From Dehalococcoidia bacterium (lineage in GTDB: Bacteria > Chloroflexota > Dehalococcoidia > Lucifugimonadales > UBA3495), in NCBI GenBank assembly GCA_030740155.1, contig JASLXV010000085.1:32001-96000 (forward strand): a stretch of 64,000 bases of DNA. Direction: 5' to 3'. The notes beneath the pieces are model-generated. The model saw only the letters and a list, made by a program, of their open reading frames with translations, had not been told where the DNA came from and ran no database searches. Position 1 is the stretch's first letter; each line of letters opens with the position of its first letter. This document shows, in pieces, positions 1-8,922 of this stretch. A program made the translations under genes and the position numbers.

Positions 1-482
1 TCGTACAGTTCATCCACCTGATCGTCGGCCTGGCACACGTGGTGGGCCTTGACGATGTCCCGGTCGAGCAGGGCATCCATGCTGTCGCGCAACATCTGGG
101 TGGATTTTTCCGCCATGAGCGGAATGTCGATGAGCGGCTTGACCGGTGGGGCGCCCCCCATCAACAGGCTTATCTTGGCGATGCCCTCGGCGTAATCCCC
201 CATCCGTTCCAGCTCCACCACAATGTGAAGCAAAGAGATTATGGTCCTCAGGTCCCGGGCCATGGGCTGCTGGGTGGCGATCAGGTCGATACACCGGTCT
301 TCGACCTCGAAGCGTTTCTGGTCGATGTAGTCGTCCTGCTCGACCACCTGCCTTGAAGCGTCCATGTCCCGCCGCTTCAAGGCATCCACCGCCTGGTGAA
401 TGGCCTTTTCCACGATCCCGGACAGGACGACCACGTCCTGTTGGAGTGAGCTAAGCTGGTGGTCCAAGTCTACCCTGGCCAT
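1..482 (-). CDS. phoU: Phosphate signalling complex protein PhoU (3' end truncated by window edge)
   Basis: Not in the ORF track. Manual translation from ATG at 482: MARVDLDHQLSSLQQDVVVLSGIVEKAI...DDYIDQKRFEVEDRCIDLIATQQPMARDLR...ELERMGDYA...ADDQVDELY. QPMARDLR and ELERMGD are PhoU motifs. GGGAGG SD upstream. Confidence 0.95.
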   Translation of the reverse strand, partial: MARVDLDHQLSSLQQDVVVLSGIVEKAIHQAVDALKRRDMDASRQVVEQDDYIDQKRFEVEDRCIDLIATQQPMARDLRTIISLLHIVVELERMGDYAEGIAKISLLMGGAPPVKPLIDIPLMAEKSTQMLRDSMDALLDRDIVKAHHVCQADDQVDELY

Positions 483-1203
483 AATCCCCCCTTCCTCCCG
501 AGGAACATTCGCATATATCTCGAGTGTGCTCTGGAGCATTCACCGGCGCGCTTCCACTGGCTGGCTCGGCGCCTCGAATGCACCCCTGGTGTGCGCCGCG
601 ATGAGATGAGCCGGATTCTACAACGGGGCGGGCCTCGATCCCCCCGCGTTCAGATTTACCGCAACCATCTTGAAATCGGTCTTCGATCGTGGAGTGATCC
701 GGGAAAGCCCTTCAGTTGCGCTTGGTGGGATGCTTTCGGACACCCGGATCTACTTCTTCGTTTCCGAGGCAGTGATCGGGTGATCTGTTGACTGGCCCAT
801 ATCTAATATCGGCATTCCCGCCCCGATACAAACCTTTGCCGCCGCGATATCCAGCACCCACCGGCCCGTGGGACGCGCCATTGCAGTTTCTGAGCTGGAT
901 CCTTAACTGCGGCGCTCGGTCGCCTCGATCGCACCTGTAGGCGTCCTCCGCACCCCGATGTCACCTCGTGCCCCACACTTACCACACCATCAACTCCGCT
1001 GTACAGGCGGACCGGCGCGCAGCGCCTGGTAAAGGCGCAATTATTGCATATATTGGTGAAGATGCCTAAAAGTGCATAACGCAAAGAGCCAGTTGATGCA
1101 GCCAGTTAGGAAGCCCGAGTGGCCCCGCGGCACATAGCCTTTCGGGGCCGGCCGGCCTTTGCCTGATTACCGCCACACCGAGAAGCGAAGCGACGAAGGG
1201 TTC

Positions 1204-1287
1204 GCCACGGAGGCACAGAGGCACAGAGACGCAGATCAATCAAGTCCTATCAATCTCCGGCCCTCCGTACCTCTGTGCCTCTGTGGC
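1204..1287. repeat. REP-like inverted repeat, family A (9-bp periodic arms)
   Basis: GCCACGGAGGCACAGAGGCACAGAG ... CTCCGTACCTCTGTGCCTCTGTGGC; second copy at 27450-27519. Confidence 0.8.
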
Positions 1288-1542
1288 TAATTCACTTCCG
1301 GGCAGCTGATTGGGCAGGCGCCGCCAGGAACAGCCTTGCTTCAAATAGGCGTCAACGGTGTGGAGCGCTGACCGGGCTTGCGCAAGACGCTTCGTTCCGC
1401 GCGAAGAGAGAGATCTCCTGGATGCGATTGACAGGCAAGGCGGCCGGGTATAGGGTCTGACACGGGCTTGACCCCGTGGCCAGAGGCCCTCGGGTTGGGC
1501 GCCGGACTGACCAAAATGGAGAGATTCGGAGGGAGCACCCCC

Positions 1543-2403
1543 ATGAAAGCCCAACGGTTTGAAAGCAACCCAATCATCAGTCTTGAATCGGGCGACGACC
1601 TTGGAGGAAACATCAACGGGCCCTCGCTCATCCTGGCCCCCTCTTGGCTGGAGAACCCGCTCGGCAAGTATTACCTCTACTTTGCCCACCACAAGGGCTC
1701 CTACATCCGCCTCGCTTATGCCGACGACCTGAAAGGCCCTTGGCGGGTCCATGAACCGGGAACGCTGCGTCTCGAGGACTCTCACTGTTACAACCATATC
1801 GCCTCTCCCGACGTTCATGTGGACAATGAGAAGCGCGAGATACGCATGTACTACCACGGGTGGGTGGCGGAGCGTGACCAGAAATCCAAGGTTGCCCTCT
1901 CCAAGGACGGCATCGCTTTTACCGCGTTCCCGGAGGTCCTCGGCGAGCCGTATCTCAGGGTCTTCAACTGGGGCGGGTACCACTACGCGCTGGGAATGCC
2001 CGGCGTGTTCTACCGGTCGAAAGACGGGCTAACCGGGTTCGAGGAGGGACCGACTCTCTTCACTGAGGATATGCGGCACGCGGCGTTCCGCTTGGAAGGC
2101 GACACCCTCGAGGTCTATTATTCGAACGCGTTCGATTGTCCCGAGCAGATTCTCCTGGCGACCATTGATCTGACGCCGGACTGGGCGGAGTGGAAGGAAT
2201 CCCCTCCGGTCACCGTACTGGAGCCGGAGACGGAGTACGAGGGCGCCGGGATGCCGTTGGAGCCGTCGGCCCGGGGATTGATCATGGGGAAGGTGCGCCA
2301 GGTCCGGGACCCGGGGATATTCCGTGAAGGGAATGACTCTTACTTGCTGTACTCGGTGGCCGGAGAGTACGGGCTCGCCATCGCGAAGCTGCTCCCTGCC
2401 TAG
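1543..2403 (+). CDS. Five-bladed beta-propeller glycoside hydrolase-like protein (GH43/32/130 clan)
   Basis: NPII, NINGPS, YYLYFAHH, ASPDV and RDPGIF...YLLYSVAGE blade motifs; GGAGGG SD before ATG 1543. Confidence 0.7.
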   Translation: MKAQRFESNPIISLESGDDLGGNINGPSLILAPSWLENPLGKYYLYFAHHKGSYIRLAYADDLKGPWRVHEPGTLRLEDSHCYNHIASPDVHVDNEKREIRMYYHGWVAERDQKSKVALSKDGIAFTAFPEVLGEPYLRVFNWGGYHYALGMPGVFYRSKDGLTGFEEGPTLFTEDMRHAAFRLEGDTLEVYYSNAFDCPEQILLATIDLTPDWAEWKESPPVTVLEPETEYEGAGMPLEPSARGLIMGKVRQVRDPGIFREGNDSYLLYSVAGEYGLAIAKLLPA

Positions 2404-2440
2404 CCTGGGCGGCCGTGGATCAGTTCTCGCTCCCCCGGCC

Positions 2441-3523
2441 CTAACCCTCTGCCGCCTTCAGCACCATCTTTTCGTCCAGCTCCACGCCCAGGCCGGGGCC
2501 TGAGGGCACTTCCAAGTAACTGCCCTTGACCTCCAGCGGCGTTTTGAGGATTGGCCACTTGTCGCGAATGGAGATGGGTTCGATGTTGTACTCTTGGGCG
2601 TAGGGGATTTGCGGGTAGGCGGCGCAGACGTGTAGATGCGCCACCGCGCTGATTGTCGGCTGGGTGTTATGGATAGTGATGGGCTTGCCGAAGGACGAAG
2701 CCAACGCCGCGATCCTCTGAAACTCGGTAAAGCCGGGTACCTTGACGATGTCTGGCTGGATGATGTCCACGCGCCCCTGGAGGATCAGGTCCCGGTACTG
2801 CCAGTGGGTGAAGATCATCTCCCCGGATGCGATGGGAATGTCCAGGGCATCGGCGACGGTGGCCAGCCCCTCCAGGTCGTAGAAGGGACGCGGCTCCTCG
2901 AAGTGGAAAACCCCCAGTTGCTCCAGGGCCCGGCCGATGCTGATGGCGTGGTGGGTGGAGAAAGCGCCGTTCACGTCCACCAGGATCTCGATCCCGTCGC
3001 CTACGGCGGCCCGCACCTCCCGCACCGTGTCTATGGTTTGGTCGGCGGGGTCGTCGATGGATCCTGGGACCGCGCTGTGGAGCTTGTACCCGGTATACCC
3101 GGCGTCGACAAAGGAGGCCGCCCGGCGGGCCTCTTCAACGGGGGTCATATCCCGGCGCATGGAGCTGGCATACATTCTTACACTGTCCCGCACCTTGCCG
3201 CCCAGCAGCTGATAAATGGGAAGGCCCAGGGCCTTGCCTTTGAGGTCCCAAATGGCGATGTCCAGCCCGGCAATGGCGCAGAAGATCGCGCCCCCCATCT
3301 CCACCGCCGATCCGGCCCGGACCATATCCCTCCAGCGCAACTCGGTGTCGAGCGGGTCTTTGCCCTGTAACACCGGTTTGAAGATGCGGTCCACCTGCAT
3401 CTTGATGAGATCAGGCTGGCGCCGGAAACACTCCCCGATCCCCACCAGACCCTCGTCGGTGTAGATTCGGACGAGGGGGAATTGCCGGTCCAACACCAGG
3501 CACTCTACATCGGTGATCTTCAT
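2441..3523 (-). CDS. Mandelate racemase/muconate-lactonizing enzyme family (enolase superfamily)
   Basis: MKITDV..., AIAGLDIAIWDLKGKALGLPIYQLLGG, metal ligands in VDVN/FEEP/SGE, DIIQPD; AGGAG/GAGG SD before ATG 3523. Confidence 0.9.
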   Translation of the reverse strand: MKITDVECLVLDRQFPLVRIYTDEGLVGIGECFRRQPDLIKMQVDRIFKPVLQGKDPLDTELRWRDMVRAGSAVEMGGAIFCAIAGLDIAIWDLKGKALGLPIYQLLGGKVRDSVRMYASSMRRDMTPVEEARRAASFVDAGYTGYKLHSAVPGSIDDPADQTIDTVREVRAAVGDGIEILVDVNGAFSTHHAISIGRALEQLGVFHFEEPRPFYDLEGLATVADALDIPIASGEMIFTHWQYRDLILQGRVDIIQPDIVKVPGFTEFQRIAALASSFGKPITIHNTQPTISAVAHLHVCAAYPQIPYAQEYNIEPISIRDKWPILKTPLEVKGSYLEVPSGPGLGVELDEKMVLKAAEG

Positions 3524-3639
3524 CCTCTTCTTCTCCTCATCTCCGGGGCGCCGGCCTAATGGCGCCGCCTGGCCCGTCGCCGAACCGGCGATCGTGATGG
3601 CAGGCCTCACCGCAGGTTCGAACGCCTCTCCCCGGCTGC

Positions 3640-4677
3640 CTAGGCCGGGTCCCGCCACGGCGACGGTACCTGGCGGTAGGTCCCCGGCATCTGCTCGGCC
3701 ACCAGCAGCCGGAGGGGCTCGTTACCCGGGTTGGCCAGGCTATGGCGGGCCCCGGACGGAACAAAGACCAGGTCTCCGGTTCCCATCTCCAGGGTCGTGT
3801 CTTCAACGGTCTGCAGGCCCGTCCCGTTCAGGCAGTAGCGCACGGACTCGCCATGGCTGTGACTGGTAGAGTCCTGGTAATGCGCCGGTACTACCCGAAT
3901 AGAAACTTGGAGGGTGAAGATGTTGAACCCCAGCTCCGGCGCCACCAGGGGGACCGGCTGAGAGGCGGCGTTCACTTCCCAAGGGATATCACGCCAGTGT
4001 ACGACGTAGCGAGTCTGCTGCCGCCGCCGGTTGAACTCATCGTCCAAGACCCCCAGCTGATGAAGGAAATGCTGTCGGCGTGAGTACAGGGTCGCGGAGT
4101 CCATCGCGGCCGGGTCTTCCTCCGCCGCCGAAGCCAGGAAGCTAGCCAAGCTGCTGCCGCCGAGGTCTGAGGCATGATACTGCCAGGGCGCGGGAACCGG
4201 GAGGTGAGTACCCGGCAACTGGTGGAAGGCGATGAACACCATGGGCTCCTGACCGGTGTTCTCCGTCCCATGCCAGATGTTGGCCGGGATGAAGGCCAGG
4301 TCCCCCGCCTCCACCTGGTACTCCTCTTGCCCGATGATCTCCTTTCCCTTGCCGTGAAGGTAATACTTTACCGCGTCCCCGTGGGTATGATATGCGCCCT
4401 CCACGCCACCACCGCCGATCTCCCGCTGGAAAACCCGAAAGGTGTGGATGTTGAAACCCAGCTTCGGAGAGATGATGCGGGCCAGGCGGTGCCCTTCCTG
4501 CTGAGTCGGGTGTACCGCCGAGGCGGATTCCCACCGGATGTCGGCTGCTCGGGCCAGCAGCCGGTTCTCCCGGCGTCTCCGATCGAACTCCTCTTCGATG
4601 CGGCCAAACCGTTGGAGGATCGAGTCGCGTCTCTGGGCCAATTGGTCCGGACTCAGGGCATCCAATTCATCTGGCAT
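3640..4677 (-). CDS. Bicupin (two cupin domains), possible dioxygenase
   Basis: Two HxH...GD.FxP..H cupin motifs (YHTHGD...IWHG; SHSHGE...ARHS); AAGGAG SD before ATG 4677. Confidence 0.8.
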   Translation of the reverse strand: MPDELDALSPDQLAQRRDSILQRFGRIEEEFDRRRRENRLLARAADIRWESASAVHPTQQEGHRLARIISPKLGFNIHTFRVFQREIGGGGVEGAYHTHGDAVKYYLHGKGKEIIGQEEYQVEAGDLAFIPANIWHGTENTGQEPMVFIAFHQLPGTHLPVPAPWQYHASDLGGSSLASFLASAAEEDPAAMDSATLYSRRQHFLHQLGVLDDEFNRRRQQTRYVVHWRDIPWEVNAASQPVPLVAPELGFNIFTLQVSIRVVPAHYQDSTSHSHGESVRYCLNGTGLQTVEDTTLEMGTGDLVFVPSGARHSLANPGNEPLRLLVAEQMPGTYRQVPSPWRDPA

Positions 4678-4890
4678 CGGCACACTCCTTGGTCTAGAGT
4701 CAAGGCGTGGTTCGTGAAGACTGTTTCCAAAAAGTAGCACCTAAATTTGAAACTTGGATACGCGATTACCCCCGCTCTCCTTCTCCCAACGTGGCAATAC
4801 CGGAGCGCCGGGGCCGTTGCCGCTACCCGGCGGAATAGGTATACCAGGTACGATTCCCGAAAGCGGCGAGCCGCCCCCGATCCCCTTCAT

Positions 4891-5436
4891 TCAGGAGAGG
4901 GGCGGAAGCACGACGCCCGTCCCCGGCGGCAGGTCCCACGCTTCATCTTGCAGGCCGCGGATGAAGTCGATCTGGCCGTGGTGGTTGTTCTTGTGGGTCA
5001 CGAGATGACGCAGCGCCGAGGCCACCGTGTGCTCCGGCCGCGACGGGTCGGGCGCGATGTCGAGTCCGTCGGCGGTCAGCGTGGCGAGGTAATCCATGGT
5101 TTGCTGGTAAGCGGCCTTGGCGAAGTCCGTCAGGACCGAAAGATTCGGAATCGGCAGGCTTCTCAGTCCCATCCTATCGCCGGGGGCGGGCGCGTCCACC
5201 GGCTGGCCGAACTTCTTGTGCCAGCCCTCTGAAACCCAGAGCGCGGCTGGCCCGCCCCGGAGGGAGGAGGTCCGCCGGTCTTCTCCGCGGGCCACGTGCC
5301 ACAGGATCCACCCGATGTTGTTGGAGGTGGGGCCGGGACGCCAGAGAACCTGTTCTTGGGTCAGGCCCTCGCAGGTGGCGAGCAGGCGCAGTTGGACTTG
5401 CCTCAAGCTTTGGGTGATGAAGTTCACGGCATCCAT
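4891..5436 (-). CDS. DinB family protein
   Basis: NNIGWILWHVARGED and HKNNHHGQI His-triad motifs; GGAGG SD before ATG 5436. Confidence 0.9.
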   Translation of the reverse strand: MDAVNFITQSLRQVQLRLLATCEGLTQEQVLWRPGPTSNNIGWILWHVARGEDRRTSSLRGGPAALWVSEGWHKKFGQPVDAPAPGDRMGLRSLPIPNLSVLTDFAKAAYQQTMDYLATLTADGLDIAPDPSRPEHTVASALRHLVTHKNNHHGQIDFIRGLQDEAWDLPPGTGVVLPPLS

Positions 5437-5604
5437 GTCGGCCTCCACGGCGTTTTCTCGGTTCCCCGAGGATTTTCGCCTGCCACCCGAGAGGGCGGGT
5501 TCGGCGTGTTTGGCGCAATTGTAACCCCAAAGCGGCCCCAAGGGTATGCCTGGCGGGCGGGCCCGCCCCCCAGCCGGCTACCTTACTGCGCTCCGAGTCT
5601 GGGA

Positions 5605-6924
5605 TCATTCCCGGGAGAATGGGGCATCGCCGGTCCGGTTTTCGGTAAACCGGGCCGCCCACATGCACCCCACGGCCAGTAAGCCCAGCGAAATGGCCAG
5701 GGGAAAGGCCACCGTGTAGTCGCCCTGGGCGTCGAACAGAACACCTCCGATGACCGGGCCGGCCATGATGCCGATGCCCCGTCCCAGGTGCACCAGGCCC
5801 ATCACCGAACCAAGGGTTCCGGCCGGGAACAGGTCGGCGGCTTTGGCGCTCACCATCAGCCCTCCGATTCCGTCACTGAGCCCCAGCAGTCCGGCGAAAA
5901 GAATAATCGGCCATAAGCTCTGCCCATCTCCCAGCATGTAGATGGTCACCATGGCGAGGACGTGCATTCCTTGCCCGGCGGTGTAGATTGATTCACGGCC
6001 GGCATGGTCGGAGAGGGCTCCGGTGACCGGCCTGCCCACCAGCCCCACGAGTCCGGCGCTGGCTATCGCGGTGGCGGCGGTGAGCGGGCTGTACCCCGCC
6101 GCCAGCAGGAACGCGACCAGGTGGACCCGGATCAACTGGCGGCCCAGTGTGGCCAGTAGGCGAGTCAACACCAGGAACCATAGCGGAGGCCCCAGGAGAA
6201 CGGCTCGCCAGAGAGATGGACCGGAGGCTGGTGCGGGGCCGGCAACTCCGGCCGCGGCGGTGGAGGCGCCGGGAGTGATCACCGGCCCGGGCTCCGCGGT
6301 GGTGTGACTGCCGGGAGGGCGCCTCTGGAATAGGAAATTGGCCGGCGTAACCAACGTGAAAAACAGGATCCCCAGGACCCAAAAGGCGTCCTTCCAGCCG
6401 ATTGCGGAGATGAGCAGCTGGGCCACCGGCAGGAAGACCAGTGAGCCCAACGGGTTGCCCGCGTCGGCCAACCCGAGAATGCGGCCTCGGGCGTTGGGAA
6501 ACCATGGAGCCAGGTTGGCGGTGGTGGTAAACGAAGAGACCATGCTTTCGCCCAGGGTCGCGAGCACGCTGTAGAAGATCAGCAGGTGCCACAGCTCGGT
6601 CCCGAAACTGCTGGAGAGGTAGCCTGCCAGTATGAGGACCCCGCCGGCGGCGAAAAAGTAGCGAGGCCCCAGCCGGTCCAGGAGGGCGCCCAAGGCCGGA
6701 GCGCCAAGGCCGCTGACCAGACCGGCCACGGAAAATATGCTCGAAGTGGTGGTGGCGCTCCATTGGAAGCTGTCCCGCAGGGCCACGTAAATCACGGGTA
6801 CGGTATTCTTGATCCCGCCTTCCACGAAAAGGTTCGAAAAGCTCAGCCCGAATATTGCCCACCCGTAGTGGCGACTAACCGTGGTTGTGTCCGCGCGACT
6901 CTCCAACAGACGAAACCGCCTCAT
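5605..6924 (-). CDS. MFS transporter
   Basis: About 12 hydrophobic segments; motif A GALLDRLGPR and GALSDHAGR. Confidence 0.9.
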   Translation of the reverse strand: MRRFRLLESRADTTTVSRHYGWAIFGLSFSNLFVEGGIKNTVPVIYVALRDSFQWSATTTSSIFSVAGLVSGLGAPALGALLDRLGPRYFFAAGGVLILAGYLSSSFGTELWHLLIFYSVLATLGESMVSSFTTTANLAPWFPNARGRILGLADAGNPLGSLVFLPVAQLLISAIGWKDAFWVLGILFFTLVTPANFLFQRRPPGSHTTAEPGPVITPGASTAAAGVAGPAPASGPSLWRAVLLGPPLWFLVLTRLLATLGRQLIRVHLVAFLLAAGYSPLTAATAIASAGLVGLVGRPVTGALSDHAGRESIYTAGQGMHVLAMVTIYMLGDGQSLWPIILFAGLLGLSDGIGGLMVSAKAADLFPAGTLGSVMGLVHLGRGIGIMAGPVIGGVLFDAQGDYTVAFPLAISLGLLAVGCMWAARFTENRTGDAPFSRE

Positions 6925-7052
6925 CTCCGGTTATGGGTGTGTTTCAACAGAAGGACTGGCCTTCGCCGGTTCCGGTGTGCCCCCAAGAAGCTCCATCGGC
7001 GCCAATCGGCCAAGGGGTTGGAACTGCCCGCGGCAAGCCTCTGGGGCTGGTG

Positions 7053-7517
7053 CTATGCCTCGACCTCCACCACCATTTCAATCTCCACGGGTATTCCGTA
7101 GGGCAGGCCGGCCATGCCCACGGCCGAGCGGGCGTGACGGCCGGCTTCCCCGTACAAGTTGACCAGCAGGTCGGACGCGCCATTGGCGACCTTGGGCGGA
7201 TCTACGAAGTCGGGAACGCAGTTTATCATGCACAGGAGTTTGACGATCCGCTTGACCTTGTCCAGGTCGCCTATCTCCCCCTTGAGGGAGGTTAGAAGGT
7301 TCAACATGGTCTGCCGGGCGCAGTCGTAGCCCTGTTCGATGGAGACGCCGGAACCCAGCTTTCCTTGGAACAGAAACCCGCCGCCGGGGATACTCGGCCC
7401 TTGTCCCGACAGGAAAATGAGGTTGCCGGTCCGGACCGCCGGGACATAGATTCCGGCCGGTGACGGCGGCGGAGGCAACTCGTATCCCAATTCACGAATC
7501 TTCTTCTCAATCTCCAC
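7053..7517 (-). CDS. RidA/YjgF family protein (Rid1-like)
   Basis: YVPAVRTGNLIFLSGQ, ANGASDLL, GRHARSAVG, PVEIE; GTG start after GAGGGAG. Confidence 0.9.
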   Translation of the reverse strand: MEIEKKIRELGYELPPPPSPAGIYVPAVRTGNLIFLSGQGPSIPGGGFLFQGKLGSGVSIEQGYDCARQTMLNLLTSLKGEIGDLDKVKRIVKLLCMINCVPDFVDPPKVANGASDLLVNLYGEAGRHARSAVGMAGLPYGIPVEIEMVVEVEA

Positions 7518-7907
7518 GTTAGACTCCCTCCATAAGAAAAGTTCGCCCAAACCCGGTCGATCTGATGCACATTGCATTTTGCCGTGGTTGCGATCCAGGA
7601 TCATAGCCGGTCAGGCGCCGATCATTCTCGGCGGATAGCGCCAGACGGATAGCATAGGTGGATCGGGGTCCCCGATCATGTTCGGCCGATCAGAGGAGAG
7701 TCATCGGCGGTTCGGAAGAGAACCGTGAGGTATCCGCTATCCAGGAATTCAATCTGGACGTGCCGGCTGGAGCTACCGCCGATTTCAGGAGGCCGGTTCG
7801 CCCTCGCGAACAAACATCCGGGGAGAGCGAGTGTCGAGGCAACTGCCCGCTCCGCGGGCGGAATTTGGCGCCCCGGTAACCGTTCTCCATGTGGGCCAGG
7901 CCGCCGC

Positions 7908-8498
7908 TCAGGAGCCTCCCAGCGCCCGGATCAGCTCCTCCGACGTGATTACGTCGGCCTGCCGGGGAAGGATACGCTGGGTCAGGAAGTCGTGGACCTC
8001 AGGGTCCGAGTCCCAGCAGCAGTCCTCGACGACGAGGAGACGGTAGTCCAGATCGGCGGCGAATCGCGCGGTGGACAGAACCACGCCGCCGGTGGCGTAG
8101 CCCGTGATGATCAGCGTTTCAATGTCGTTAGCCCGCAGGACCACGTCTAATCCGGTGCCGTACAGCGCGTTGACCCGGTGCTTGCCGACCACTATCTCCC
8201 CTTCCGCGGGTCTCAGCGAGGGGTGAATCAGCTTCAACGGGTCGCCCGCCGCCGGCTGGCCCGAGGTTTTGCGCTGGCGGAAGATCTTGTTCCGGTCGCT
8301 GATTTCCGGGTAGCCGGGCCGGAACACGGTGGCGCTGTAACAAACCAGAATTCCGGCATCCCGGGCCGCCTTCAGCACGGTCTGGGCTTTCTCCAGCACC
8401 TTCCGCTCCACCGCGTGGGAAAGGTTGAGTATCATGTCCTCGTAAAAGTCGCCCATGAGTATGGCGGTCTTACCCAAGTCCAGGGATACTTCAGCCAT
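7908..8498 (-). CDS. Isochorismatase family protein
   Basis: KTAILMGD, VGKHRVNAL, LIITGYATGGVVLSTARFAADLDY; AGGAGG SD. Confidence 0.9.
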   Translation of the reverse strand: MAEVSLDLGKTAILMGDFYEDMILNLSHAVERKVLEKAQTVLKAARDAGILVCYSATVFRPGYPEISDRNKIFRQRKTSGQPAAGDPLKLIHPSLRPAEGEIVVGKHRVNALYGTGLDVVLRANDIETLIITGYATGGVVLSTARFAADLDYRLLVVEDCCWDSDPEVHDFLTQRILPRQADVITSEELIRALGGS

Positions 8499-8513
8499 TG
8501 CGAGCCTCCTAAA

Positions 8514-8555
8514 CAGCCTTCAGCTATCAGCCCTCAGCCAAGCTGACTGCTGAAA
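8514..8555. repeat. Heptamer (TCAGCNN)n repeat with inverted copies
   Basis: CAGCCTT CAGCTAT CAGCCCT CAGCCA then GCTGACT GCTGAAA; related tracts at 11551-11580 and 32657-32691. Confidence 0.65.
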
Positions 8556-8558
8556 AGA

Positions 8559-8870
8559 TCAGATTGGCACATCCACGTCCATCAGGGGCCCGTGCTGCTG
8601 GGCGCCGTAGACGTCGGAGTCTTCGACCGCGCCGGAGCCGTGGAGCCGGGGGATAGTGGCTTTGATGGCGTTGGCCGGCGGGAACTCCACCAGCAGAACG
8701 TCCTTCTCCCCCACGCTGTAAAGCCGGGAGATGAGCCCCTTGTTGATCACCCCGGAGGAGCGCACCTTCTCGAAGGTCTCCTTGTCGGGAAACACCATGT
8801 CCAGGGTAAGCAGAAAGGGGTTGGCGTTTTTGCTGCGGCAGATCACGGCCAGGTCGCGAATCCTAGTCAT
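8559..8870 (-). CDS. DUF4387 domain protein (AtuA partner)
   Basis: LAVICRSKNANPFLLTLD and D.DVYGAQQHGPL, typical of DUF4387; directly downstream of the AtuA-like gene. Confidence 0.85.
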   Translation of the reverse strand: MTRIRDLAVICRSKNANPFLLTLDMVFPDKETFEKVRSSGVINKGLISRLYSVGEKDVLLVEFPPANAIKATIPRLHGSGAVEDSDVYGAQQHGPLMDVDVPI

Positions 8871-8922
8871 ATCACGCACTCGGGGTTGATTTGGGCAGTC
8901 AGTCCTCGGTTCGGTTGACCGC

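Noticed and set aside
483..700. Pho box upstream of phoU
   Set aside because: No 11-bp-spaced CTGTCAT- or GTTCA-like direct repeats recognised.
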